Assembly (NCBI GenBank): GCA_964035545.1
Contig: OZ037766.1
Coordinates: forward strand, 1,364,001-1,428,000
From: Bugula neritina
Taxonomy: Eukaryota; Animalia; Bryozoa
Direction of reading: 5' to 3'
DNA length: 64,000 bases
Shown: in pieces, positions 40,301-52,600 of the stretch
How the letters are laid out: each line of letters starts with the position of its first letter
How positions within the stretch are numbered: the first letter of the stretch is position 1
The notes under the pieces: model-generated
Database searches by the model: none
What the model saw: the letters and a program-made list of their open reading frames with translations, nothing else
What the model was told of the DNA's origin: nothing
Position numbers and translations under genes: made by a program

Positions 40301-43300
40301 AAACCCACTCGTGAGTCAAATCACATTCTCAAATCTGAGCAAATCTGCTCATTGCAACAGTAAAGAATTATTCTGATATATTGAAAAACGTAAATTGAAA
40401 TTTCACTCTTTGTTTAAGAAAATTGTGAGGAAGCTTCAATGGTGCATGTTTTTGCGTGTTGCTTAAACCTTCGTAGGTAAAATAAAAAGATAAAATAGAC
40501 TAGGTGAAGGGTGTCGGCTTACCTGCTGTATTATGCTGATGAAATCCAAAACTCATCAATATCTTGTTGGTGATGGTAGAGAAGCATCTGCTGGTTAAAG
40601 CTTTCAGCTGACTTTCTCACAAAGAAAGTTCACAGTCTTCCAAACATTTAAGATTAAACTCAGTAAACAAATGTGAATTGTTGTGTGTTTAAAAATAATT
40701 TATGATATTTGTGTTACTAAATTTATGATATTTTTAGTTGCTGAAGTTGGTCCTGAGCAGAGCTTGTATGGCTTCACTATTCAACAGAGTTCAAAGTGTA
40801 AACCTAAGAGAGAAGTATCCCTGTACTGGAAGGTAATTTACTTGCTGTGTCACACCATGTCACACCCTGTCATACACTGTCACACCCTGTCATACTGTGT
40901 CACGCTGTGTCATGTTGTGTCATACCATGTCACACTCTCTCATACACTGTCACACCCGGTCACATTCTGTCATACACTGTCACACCCGGTCATACTCTGT
41001 CTCACACTGTCACACTCTGTCATACACTGTCATACTCTGTCATATGTCTAAAGGAGAATGACAATAAATGTAGGCTTTTCTAAAAATGTTTGTAAAATCT
41101 GAAGTGTCAGTTATGATTGTATTTCTTTCGTTATAATAAAAATCAAACACAAAGTATGACCAGCTATTGTGATTATAAGTTTATATTATAGTAGCTGGTG
41201 TTTACCAGGTTATATATTTGACCTTCTCATTTCATCACAAGGAAAGGGCAAATGGTCGTCATATTTATTTTGAACTATTTTATTTTCAAATAAATAAAAA
41301 GCAGTTCTACAACGTTGTTTTAATGAGATAAATTGAATGATGTTAATTATTTTAGGGAGTTCCAGAAGCTTCTGGAGAAGGTAACGGAGTTATCCACTCT
41401 TACTATATCAACTCTGTTGATAATTTCCATCTGACAAAAGATGGCTACACTAGAAAGATTCAACTTCTTAACTCTTCTACACATACTCAGCAGGTAAAAA
41501 ATTTGAGCTGAGGAATTTTTGTCTTTTTTATTTAATAATTAAACATTTTCAAAAAGCAAAAGCATACAAGTTTATGAAAGCAATTAGACTATAAAACTTT
41601 GCAGTTGCCAGCTAGTGTTAAACGCTGAGATTTGACTAAATTCTAAAATTAATTAGTAAAGAGTATAAACATACATGCAGTACAATAATTACTGGTAAAA
41701 ACAAAATAAAAAGAGACTTTGTAAACATATGTAGCACTATTGTAATACTGAGAGTATGCTAGACTAGCGTGTGATATGCTAATAGTATGATATACTAGCG
41801 TGTGATATGCTAATAGTATCCTAGACTAGTGTGTGATATGCTAATAGTATCCTAGACTAGTGTGTGATATGCTAATAGTATCCTAGACTAGCATAATTGT
41901 GGTTATATTCACAGGCTGTGTTACCAGGCAGTGCTAGAATAGCAGAGCTGTGTGCAGACAACAACGAGACGGTATTTGAAATCTTCCCCGCAAATGATGC
42001 CGGCATGGGGCAGGAGGGCAGCAAATATTTTATACCTGCTCAAACTGAAGGTAGAGTTTTGTGATGAGATTATATCCATTACACATTACATGTATGTCAC
42101 TTTGAAATATGATTTTCACATAATGAAAATCTTATCCATGACTTTCACTGATATACATAGCTTCATTACTCTGTAGTCTCACATTAAGGCTTGTATCAAC
42201 ATTTTAATCGCTAGAATAATCCTGGATTTCTTATTCATGTTAAGTTTAATCTACCAAATAAATGTTGAGTTCTGAGTTTGTCTCCCTGCTATTGTTTATT
42301 CAATGAATAGATATATAGGTCACGTGATGTCGGCACTATGTCATCAGTCTCTGCATTGTTTCAGTGTTAGAGTTGAGAGAATGTGACATCTCGGTGGACT
42401 ACTTGAAGTCTTCAGATGAAATGTCAGTCAGTTGGTCTCTACACACCAGAAGTTACAACTACACAGTGTTCTGGTGTAACACTGACTTTGGAGATCAGTG
42501 TGTGAAGCAGGTAGGTGTCTAGCCTCAGTTTTATAGCCTTAGGTTCATACTTTGACTAATAATCAGCAACAAGGTTGTTTTATATTCTGTTAGAATACCA
42601 TTGTATACATAATTAACTGAGAGGTTATATATACCAGGGTAATTTTAAAATCGTTCTTTGAGAGTGTTGATGGACATTTTTTCTGAGATGGGCTGTTGTG
42701 ATGTAATGACCTCTAGGTAAATAACATCCAAGTGAATAATGGCCTTGAGGTATACAACATTTAGGTACACGACTTCAAGGTAAATGATCCCTAAGTGAAT
42801 AACCTCAAAGCATATGACCTAGAAGCATGTGACCTTTATAGAAATGTGTTTACATTAACTTTATTGGGTTTACAGGGTTGATCAGTTCAACAGAATTGTA
42901 TAATTGTGAGCCTGTGTGTTTGTGGCTGGTATTTAGAGAGAGATAGAGAAATGAGGCCTCAACAAAACAAGAATAATATATTTTATTGTCAAGCTGCCTT
43001 TTGCCAAAAACAAGAAACCTTTGAGCTAATTTCTAAGTGACTGTGAGGTTTATTGTATCTAGTTATAGCCAAAGAGTGTATAGGATATTTTTCAATTTTG
43101 CGTTGAAAAACTCATCTGTCAATATACTTCACATTTGGAGAAATATAGCTATTTTTGCTGTCCGTTATGTGTAAAATTTTACCGTTACATAAATGCTGTT
43201 GTCCGACTCATAGCTCTTGGTAAATAATTTAGAAAAAACGCCAACTTTTGCTAAATACCATATGAGTCATATTTTTGTTTTTATTATATTATTTTAGGGC

Positions 43301-46300
43301 ACTCCAGTAAGGCTTTTATTTTCCAATGTAACAGGTGTAGTATTCAGGTTTTTCTCTTTCCATTGTAATAGGTGTAATATTCATGTTTATCTGTTTCCAT
43401 GGTAACAGGTGGAATGGCGGTCAGTTGAATCAGCAGACAACAAAATGAAGTTTCAATCCGGTGGTAACTTTCTGAGATATAAGTTTGGAGTGAGTCTGAG
43501 TGATGAGATGATGAGGTCTTCTGGGATTATCTGGCATAACTGTATAAATTACTTAGATAGAGGTGAGGCGATCTGTATAAACAGAAATGTATAAATCACT
43601 TAGATAGAGGTGAAAGGGTATATTGATAGAAATGCTTTCAGATAGAGCAGATATGACTTATTATTCTATTGCCACAAGAACTCTGCTTTCATTTCATCGA
43701 GAAGTAGAATCATTTTACCCAAATTACCTGGGCGCCTTAATGTGTAGAGCTTGAAGCCTAGTGCTGACTTGGATATTGAAAACACAGCAAGTACTGCTTT
43801 ATTTAGTGTGCTTTATTGTGTTGGCAAAGAAACTAAATATATTTACCATCTCCAGATCTCAGCACACCGACGATACACGTGTCGCTGTTTGACCTTGAGG
43901 CCACCGTCACCATAAAGGATAGTTGTGTGAAGAACACAAGGAGGGCAGAGTATTACTCAGTCATATCCTGTGTTTATGATGTCAAGAGGGAGCTCTGTGT
44001 ATCAGAAGGTAGCTCAATATTATAGAGTTCTGGAACTAAGGCCGTGTTCTTGGTATCTTTTCTATATATCAACCAACACATTTGATCTCTTTTTTATCTG
44101 ATAACACAAAATATTTTAAATTTTATATTTATATATGTGTCTTCTTGATATTTAATCCTATGCTGAGCCCTTAACATTTAGTCAATAAAGTGTAAAAAAT
44201 TGTTTTAACTTATGTTCCTCTGCGTGTTATTGTCTTTTAGAGTTTTCTGCTATAATTTACACTCGTACCATAAAATATTTTGTACTGAATCTGATTATTT
44301 CCACCTTTATTTTAAACAGAATGGTTGAGCAAAAGTGTAGACTGAACTGTCATTTGGTTGTTGAATTAAAACCCCTTAATGTCTAATCCGTAATATTTTA
44401 TACAGAAGCTAATGTCACTGTTAACCTGTGCCGCATGCAGACGACCATACTGTTGAAGAAGTATGCCAAAAACTATGCATTCTGGGTAGTGTCGCATGCT
44501 GGAGAGCAGAAGGTGAAATCAAACCTTGTGATTGACAAGCCACAACAGAAAGGTAAACAGAGGGTGTATTTCATACACTCTAATAACCCTTAATATATTA
44601 TATTTTGTGTGTATAAACAACTTAACATTCAACTGTTTGCGTGCAAATTTTTATTGCATAATACAATATATATTATTTTGTAGAAACTAGCTTCAGTGAA
44701 TATATATGTCAAAATATTTGTTTAAACCGCAATGTTATATTTACTGAATTTTTGATGGTTTTGTAGGCGCATGGGCAATCATATTGGGCATCGTGCTAAC
44801 ATTCACTCTCATCATTATTGTTATTTTATTTTCAATCTACTACGCAAAGTAAGTATTGCCATCTCCAGTCATAATATAGTAAAACTTACTCTGTTTAGCT
44901 TGTTAGCTTCTAGTCTAGAAGGTTTCCCCAAAACAGAAGCAAAAATTCTTACTGGCAAAGTACAAACTTGAAAAAAAACACACTTGTTTCGAAATAGTTG
45001 ATGTATTTGAAACATCCAGCTGTTCTATTACTCTAATGTTGCTGATAAGCATCCATGCAGTATTAACAGTTGCATCTCAAAATATATACTATGGCTGCTT
45101 TTTGCATTATTATTGATACCCTTAAAATTAATAAATATTCACTAGCTCTTTGTGCCACTGACATCTACCAGCCAATGTATTGACTATACTGCTAACATGT
45201 AAAAGCAAGTGCTTTATTTGTAATAGTTGCTCTATTAGCAGGTTGCATTCAAATTTCTAAGACTAAGGTTGTTGACACCTGTCAACATGTGCTCTGTGAG
45301 ATGACATGTAATCTTGACATGTCATCTCACGAACAATCACTTTTATAACTATGTCTACTACCACCAATGATGATGGTTGCTTCTAGAAATCTGACACTTG
45401 CTATAGTAATATGACTCATGTTGACTAAACTGGCACTCTTATGCTTCTGACACATTGGCCGATATTCAGTCCTCAATTCTTTGTTGATGTATAGAAAGAA
45501 GAGGCAGGCTGGACGATTGAAGACACCTAAACTGGTACAGCCAGTGGATCTGATGGCCGAAAAGAATGGTGCCTCTTTGTCCGAAGAGTCTGATTACGAT
45601 GATAGTCCTAGATCTAGTCATTACGACCCTTATTACCAAGTCATCAATAACTCTACTGTGGTAAGCATTACCACCCTTATTATCAGATCATCAGTAACTG
45701 TTATAAGCACAACCTCAACACTTTCATGAGGTTGTAATAAAAACTTGGTTATCAAATTTTGCTTAGTTTGACACTTTGAAAATATATTTTTCAAGTTGAA
45801 CTAACCAAAATTTAAGAATTTTTTTTAAAAATTTTGTTTGGTTTTTGCTAAATTTATGCATTTTAAATATTTTTTATAAAACTTTATCTAACAAATCAGC
45901 AATAACTTGAATCAAGAGACTTTTTCAGTTTTCACCATTTTTTCTAATTGCAGTTACAGAGTATGAGACACTCTGAAGTGGATCTTTCTTCTGGGCCAGA
46001 TGAGAGCTGTACTCCAACAGAAGGGTTTTATGAGAACAAAGTAGATTCCGACCACCAACTTTACAGAGAGGATGATTCAAATTATCAAACACGGATAACT
46101 AGTTTCAAAGACGATGAAGCAATTCTTAGTGGTTGTAGTTTCGACGGTTTACCAAACTACTACCTAAGGTGTGTGGAAACTGATAGCACAGCCCTTAGCC
46201 TCAGTGCCGAACTTTTCTGCACTTCTGGCGACTCCGGAGATATGAAAATAGACTTGAGTCGGTTTCTCACGTCAGGATCCAGTGCCTATGGAGAGCAGCC

Positions 46301-46628
46301 AATCGATTACAAGAAAGCGAAAGTAGCAAATCGTTTGCAGAATGAAAGCAAGTCGGACTCTGAGCAGGCCACCCGCCTATTGGTAGATGTTGGAAAGGAA
46401 GCTAATGATGACTCAGCAAATATTTCTGACTACTACACTAAGGACGGTTTTCTACAGCGACCAACTAACAAAGTTGAATTGGAGTACATCAGAGGATCGG
46501 AATGCCTAGACAGTGGTAGTCAGGTCAACAGCGAGGAGAGTGTAAACCTCCCTCAAATTGATGTTAGTGAAAACTCTAGTGGAGACTCAGGCTATGTTGG
46601 CAGAAATCTCTGCTCCAGTTCTATGTAA
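31400..46628 (+). CDS. Type I cytokine receptor-like protein B (LIFR-like layout): SP-CHR-Ig-Ig-CHR-3xFnIII-TM-cytoplasmic tail, ~1376 aa
   Basis: 23 phase-consistent exons: 31400-31463, 31950-32076, 32575-32798, 33278-33462, 33884-34055, 34380-34617, 34878-34996, 35593-35866, 36367-36485, 37659-37782, 38352-38563, 38944-39158, 40145-40310, 40738-40832, 41356-41493, 41915-42050, 42365-42510, 43409-43562, 43856-44008, 44406-44552, 44767-44848 (TM AWAIILGIVLTFTLIIIVILFSIYY), 45495-45660, 45954-46628; total 4131 nt, plus an optional microexon at 36918-36926. SP MELSLWSLAVLLLACGANS; NLQPGTNY...GSYWG; DSGMYSC; DSGKYKC; VKLGPP; DLEPYTTY...DIWS; REVSLYWK; GNGVIHSY; YTVFWC; SSGIIWHNC; TPKLVQP. Confidence 0.87.
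32830..32910 (-). mobile_element. Degenerate copy of the tRNA-derived element
   Basis: CCACTGGAATTCAAACTCGAGACCTCC resembles CCACTGGGATTCGAACCCGAGACTCC of the 33030 copy. Confidence 0.45.
33030..33128 (-). mobile_element. tRNA-derived SINE-like element in an intron of receptor B
   Basis: Reverse strand: ctgtagggttgagtttacccagtggtccctgTGGTATGATGGttagcgc...tcgGGTTCGAATCCcagtgggggg (A and B boxes). Confidence 0.75.
36918..36926 (+). CDS. Candidate 9-nt symmetric (phase 1-1) microexon of receptor B
   Basis: ctttatttcag|CCACTCCTA|gtaagt: strong acceptor and donor, frame-preserving, between the second Ig and the second CHR. Confidence 0.55.
37060..37330. repeat. 30-bp minisatellite (ggttatctatatcttatcttacagctcatt), ~8 copies
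   Basis: Direct tandem repeats; explains ORFs 36946-37167 and 37070-37342. Confidence 0.88.
37541..37616 (-). mobile_element. Degenerate tRNA-derived SINE-like fragment
   Basis: Reverse strand: gggcaggccTGGTAGAGTAATGGataagtgc...GGGTTCAAACCCCaga. Confidence 0.45.
37815..38072. repeat. ~20-bp degenerate minisatellite (ttgacctatataaataccac)
   Basis: Repeated ttgaccta cores downstream of the donor at 37782. Confidence 0.8.
39768..39895. repeat. CpG-rich imperfect inverted repeat (hairpin; probable MITE remnant)
   Basis: ACCGACAGTTGGACCGATTTCGGCAGG is the near reverse complement of CCTGCCGAATATCGGCCCGCTGTCGGT; an internal CCGACAT-gacga-ATGTCGG hairpin is also present. Confidence 0.65.
40845..41045. 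repeat. 10-bp minisatellite (cacactgtca-like)
   Basis: About 20 copies just after the donor at 40832. Confidence 0.88.
41755..41892. repeat. 31-bp minisatellite (agactagtgtgtgatatgctaatagtatcct), ~4 copies
   Basis: Direct tandem repeats ending about 20 bp before the acceptor at 41914. Confidence 0.88.
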
Positions 46629-47628
46629 CATGTTGACACCTCTTCCCGTTAGGTTGACACCACTTCCTGTCATGTTGACACGTCTTCCTGTCAGTTTGAT
46701 GAACCATGACCATATCTGTTAGATTCTGACAAACTAACTTCCCACATCTACTGGATTTTCATGACCCCCCAACAACTGTTCCAAGTTATTCTATTCAATG
46801 TCTATACCCAACTGTTGATAAACTATTAGTATCATTAGTTTGATATTGACTACTATATCGATATATTGACTGCTCTATCGATATATTGATTATTATATTG
46901 ATATTGACTACTGGATATCGACTACTGTATTACTTACCGTGTTAATTGCTTGAGCTCATTATCAGAAATTTTTTTACTCAGTTTCAAATTTTTCCGACCT
47001 CAAGATTATATTACGAATGTATATTAAATGTATGCATGATGCATTTATATAATATTATTTACAAATATATCAACTACACATAATAAACAAACTGCATGTA
47101 CAATAACCCATGTGCTCTGTCAGTCTGAGAACGTAGGCAAGCCCAAGTATGATTCCAGGAATAAAATAATTAACATCGCCAAAACATGAATAGAAGAGAA
47201 ATTATACACAAAATATTGCAACTTGAGATGGCTTTACCTAACCACTTCATGCAAAGTAACCACCTTTGTCCATGAGCAATTCTTTTTCTTGGATTTATGC
47301 CTCCTGCATATAATCGGGATGATATCTGCACCACTTTTTACAGATGACAAATGAGTGATCCACCTTCTTAGTCTGGTTGAACCCATCCAACAGAATGTAG
47401 AAGCAAGTGCTGGTACACCACACAGGTAAAACTCGACCAATTGGAATTGAGTATCAATTCCAATGATTAGCCTCTATCGATTTTATATAAAGCCACCAAA
47501 GTGCAAGCTTTTAACAAGTAGGTTTCTTAATCTTTCACATTGCAAATTTTTGCTTTAAAGTTATTTTTTTATTAAACTGCTAATTTTACTGTTTCAAAAT
47601 CTACATTTAAAAGAACAAGTCTGCAAGT

Positions 47629-47722
47629 TGTAGTGTTAGGTTTACCCAGTAGCTCCTGTGGTGTAATGGTAGCACACTTGCTGGCAAGCCAGAGGTCTTG
47701 GGTTCGATTCCCAGTGGGGGGC
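47629..47722 (+). mobile_element. tRNA-derived SINE-like element
   Basis: tgtagtgttaggtttacccagtagctcctgTGGTGTAATGGtagcac...ttgGGTTCGATTCCcagtggggggc; same family as the 33030 and 3088 copies. Confidence 0.75.
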
Positions 47723-49619
47723 AATTATTTTTCACAAGTATGGCCTACGAAAGAGGCTTTGCTACATTCCCTCTTGTGTTAATTAAAGTCACACTCGTGG
47801 TTGTATGGCACACAGCACTGTATAATCCATATACTTGGCCCTTGATTTCCTATTAACTCAGTAATAAAGCTGCATGGCACACAACTATTTCATAACAATT
47901 TTTAAATTAATTGTTAAAGCAAAATTCTGAAAGTTGAACCTTGGGCAAAATTAATAGCTACAATTTGCTAACTGGGTTTTGAATACCGATTTTCACAAAT
48001 CAAGTGCTTTTAAACTAATTTAGCATTGGAGAAATTTGCTTGCAGCGCATACATATTGTGATTGGTTAAAAAATGAAATTAGTGCTTTTTGCTTTTATAA
48101 TTAGATTGATACTCAATTAGCTTTTCCCTTTAAATTAGTGTTTTTTGCTTTTATAACAGCTTTTCAGAATGAAGCTTTTCTAGTTCCTAAAACTCACGAC
48201 TATATTGTGTAGAAGTGAAGCTGTCTGTGCCAGTTAATAAGGTGGAGTTGGTACAGGAATCTGATTGGCTGGGTCTTACCTTCCCAGAAGCTGGCAATAC
48301 TACGAGTTGCCAGATGCACAGAGGTATTGCCTTTGCTTACTTGAGTTTGGAGCTTTTATTTTAAGAAGACAACTTCTCATACTGAAAACATCCTGTAGAA
48401 CCCAGGCTATTAAATATCTGCAACTTACCTGGATGTGCTGGACATCTCAGGTGTCCAATCATCAGCAGAGAAACACCAATTTTCTGAGGATCTGATAGCA
48501 AAGAATTTTGTCTGAACTTGGACATCAAAGTTTGTAACTGGAGTTATCATCCCTTGCTTCACCAGCAAGCTAACAGCATACATTAGTGAGTTTGATCTGA
48601 GTGTTATTGATCTAAACTCCCAACTATTTATAACTTCTGTTGGAATGATAAAGTTTATTAAATGTCATTATGCACTCCCTTTGCATGTTGGTATATCATA
48701 GCTAGAGGGCTTCAAAGTAGAGCTGCGCTGGTTGTGAGAATATTAGAAACAATCAATTGTGGCTGGTATATTGTCAATATCTTCAGTATCAGCTTTTCAA
48801 TTTGCTATTGTCGACATTTTCAGCTTTTAGCAATTTTAGCATAGATTGTGACCAATTAAAAATGTCCACTACCAAAATAAGCTGGCTGCACTCTGAGGTT
48901 GTATGGCATAGTGCCAAGAACTTATTGCACTGGAAATACCAATAACTTGAGTACTATAGTACCAGAAGCATATTCATACTGATACTCCAACCAATCTCAT
49001 AGGTAGTAGAAACAACACTAAAACAACTGTGGCTAAATATTACATCAAAGTAGTACGGATGCTATCTGGACTAAATTATGGCTGCCCTAGCCCCCATCTT
49101 CCCCATAAATCTAATAAAACTCAAACCACTGGTGTTTCTTGCCAGGCAGATGCCTGCGTCTACTTGACCATAGCTCCTCGTTTTTGACCCCATCTATCTT
49201 AATTTATCAAACTTGCCAGACATAAATTAACTTCTTAAAACCCCAAGAGGGTTATTCATAATAGTGAGAGAGACCAAAACGAATCAGTGAAGTGCCATGC
49301 AGGTGCTCCTTCCTCATCCAGGTTTGTGCCACATGACAGGCCAGATTGATTGTGTAATATTCTTGGCTAAACATTTGCTAAGTCATACTACAACTCATCT
49401 TTTAGTACGTCAGCTCCTATTGGCTGATGAAGCTACACACAGCACGTGTTTAATTAATATTTAAGCCAGTCCCTATAAGCATGGCCATTCAGAAATAAAT
49501 ATAAAGTTTGATAGCTGTAGCTTGTAGTGTAATAGATTTCTATTAGAGTTATTGATTTAACTGTATTATGTAACTTTTTAAAGGATCATTTGCTCTAGTC
49601 ACCACGGGTTGTCTGTAAC

Positions 49620-52600
49620 ATGGATACAGCTACCAGGAGAGGAGGTTACATGAACCACCTACTCCTGCTGTCCTTACTTGTCTTTTCTGCCAGTTCCACA
49701 GGTGAAGTAGTGAATAGAGAACTTAAATATTGCTGTGACATTTTATATAAAGCTCACTCATTATGTACACGTCTTAAGCCTAAACATTGTTGTGACTCTA
49801 TAAGTTCACGCACAATATCTGTGTCTTAAGTTTTTGCTAAAAATATTGTTTATATAGGTTTATTCCCAAAGTTCAAAATTGTTACTTTATTTATATCTTT
49901 TGCGTCTATCTAATCTGATATGGTATGTGGGATAAAAAGCTTTCTTTCCACAATATATGCTTATATTTTAGACAGGTAAATTATTAGTAGACTTTCTTTT
50001 TAAAGATACCAGTTTTTAGTATTGGTCAAAATTTATCCTACGGATATAACATACACATATATACCATTTACTGAAATTCACACAAATACTGTACCTGCTG
50101 CTGTAGACACTGGGCTTCAGATTTTAGACCACAGTTGTGTGTCAAGGTTGAAGTCTGGACACTACAACTACAAATGTTTGTTCTACACCAACCTATCTTC
50201 AGAGCTGCACAGGGTGTCTTGGAAGATCTCATTCAAAGTTGAATTGGTGTAAGTGTAAAATATAGGTCAATGTAAGTGTAAAATATAGGTCAGTGTAAGT
50301 GTAACATATATGTCAATGTAAGTGTAAATTATAGGTCAATGTAAGTGTAAAATATAGGTTAGTCTAAATGCAAACTATAAGTTAATGTAAGTATAAACTA
50401 TAAGTTGGTTTAAGTGTAAAATATAGATCAATGTAAGTGCAAACTATATGGTAATGTAAGTGCAGAGTATAGGGTAATGTAAGTTTAAACTATATGGTAA
50501 TGTAAGTGTAAAGTATATGTCAATGTAAGTTTAAACTGTAGGTTCATGTAAGTATAAATGACTAGTATAAATAGAACAGCACCTTGATAATTGGTAAAGT
50601 ATCTTTGCTATGAATTTTCACAACTCTTGAGTAATTATACTGTTGTTCATTTCAATACCTAAAAGAGTAAAAAATAAAAACCTTGTGTTGCCTCAACTCT
50701 TTAAAAACCATCCCCCCCCCCCTTTAACTTATGAGTAGCTACAGTCATAGAAAAGCCACTAAATTTATTGCTAGGACTCAGTTTCAGTAGTATCACTATC
50801 AGTTAAAATGTGAATTTTCACAAACACTGCTAGAGCAAGATGCTTTGCTACAATAGAGTTTTGTTTTATTCATAGAACCCAAAGTCTCAAAAATATGACT
50901 TAGTTCAATGCTGGCAGATTTGTTTATAAAATTTTATAGTAATTGTTATAATATTAACTTTTAATGCATTAAACACAATTATTTTATTAGATATGTTATT
51001 ATATATTATAATTAAAATTATATCACAATAGAAGAGAAAATTATGTTATAATCATAATATACAATACTGGACTATTCTATACAACATTACGTAATCTCTT
51101 AATGTTTTATCGTGAAACTTGTTGATACTATATTATGTAATGTATTAGTACTATATTATGTAATGTATTAGTACTATATTAGGTAATGTATTAGTACTAT
51201 ATTATGTAATGTATTAGTACTATATTATGTAATGTATTAGTACTATATTATGTAATGTATTAGTACTATATTATGTAATGTATTAGTACTATATTATGTA
51301 ATGTATTAGTACTATATTATGTAATGTATTAGTACTATATTATGTAATGTATTAGTACTATATTATGTAATGTATTAGTACTATATTATGTACGTAATGT
51401 GGTAATACTTTATTATATTAAGTCACTGCAAGAGCTGCCTTGAGAAGTCACCAGTGAGAGAGTGTGAGAAGCTTCACGTGCTGCCGTCTGCAAAGGACAA
51501 GAAGTTTGATGTTCTCCAATGTGAGCTGACAACCAATTATCTCTACATGTACGCGTTCTATTATTGGAACGTGACAGCAAGCTATAAGCAGCAGGCAGCG
51601 GACTACCGGCAGCAGACGAATTCTACAAATGTTACAACTTTGAGGTCACCCAGTGTAGGTTGGTATTTTGAAGATGCTACTTGGGACATCCCACGACGTT
51701 TTTCATTTAGTTTCATTTTCGGTTAGTTTCATTAATCATTGCGTCTCAAATGTCACTATTATTCAGCCAGATTCTTGGAGTTGATTAGAATCACTTTAAT
51801 TCAATATACTTCAATTATGGACAGCTGCTTGACCCCAAAAAGTTTGAGTTCTGTGCCAACATCTCTAACAGCTGTAGCAGACGTAAATTTATCAACATTG
51901 TCAAGGAAATAAATTAAAAAGAAACTTAACTAGCAGTTAAACATAAAGGAGCTTAAAAATAACCCATAAATTATTCAAAGAAATTTTGTGTAAAAATGTG
52001 AAATTTCCCTGCATCGGCTTTTTGCAAATAAATTCTGAAATATGGTATTTATTTTTAAAGTAGATACTTTTCCTGTGGTTTTGGGTTCTTTAAAGTTTCA
52101 ACTAAAGTTTGTAATTGTGCCGCATTTCTGACACGTTGCAATGATAGCAGACGGCCCCTTAACATGCTCTGTGCATAAATTAAGATTAGTTGGTGGTTGT
52201 TTGGTTTGGCACGCCTTCGTTTGAGTTGAAAATAAGATTTCTTTTCCACATAATCATGTTGATGTAAATCAAGCCTATGCCAGATTATGAATTGCTAAGA
52301 GAAGAGGGTTCTGCTTTATTTGACATTAATTTGCATAATTGGTTTAGTGATTGATTAACTTGTAATAATTGAATGGAACAAACCGGGGCTACTGCAAGAG
52401 CGATATTGTTAGTATTCTCTACTTTCCATAACTGGCCCACTAAGAACAGATGAGAAAGTGGTGTGACATTGTGTGTAAGTGTTTCTAGACTGAGCAATTG
52501 CACTGGAATGCATTTAATATCACAGCTGCTGTTTGAGGTCTTTTAAAAAAGTTCAACAAACAAATTTTATTTTTAGTTTGTTGGGGATGTTTTTCTCTAT

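Noticed and set aside
47652-47722. Functional tRNA gene
   Set aside because: A and B boxes are present, but the anticodon stem pairs poorly and related copies have different anticodon loops; treated as SINE-like.
47234-48945. Short ORFs between receptors B and C as an extra gene or transposase
   Set aside because: No recognisable motifs or consistent exon chain were found.
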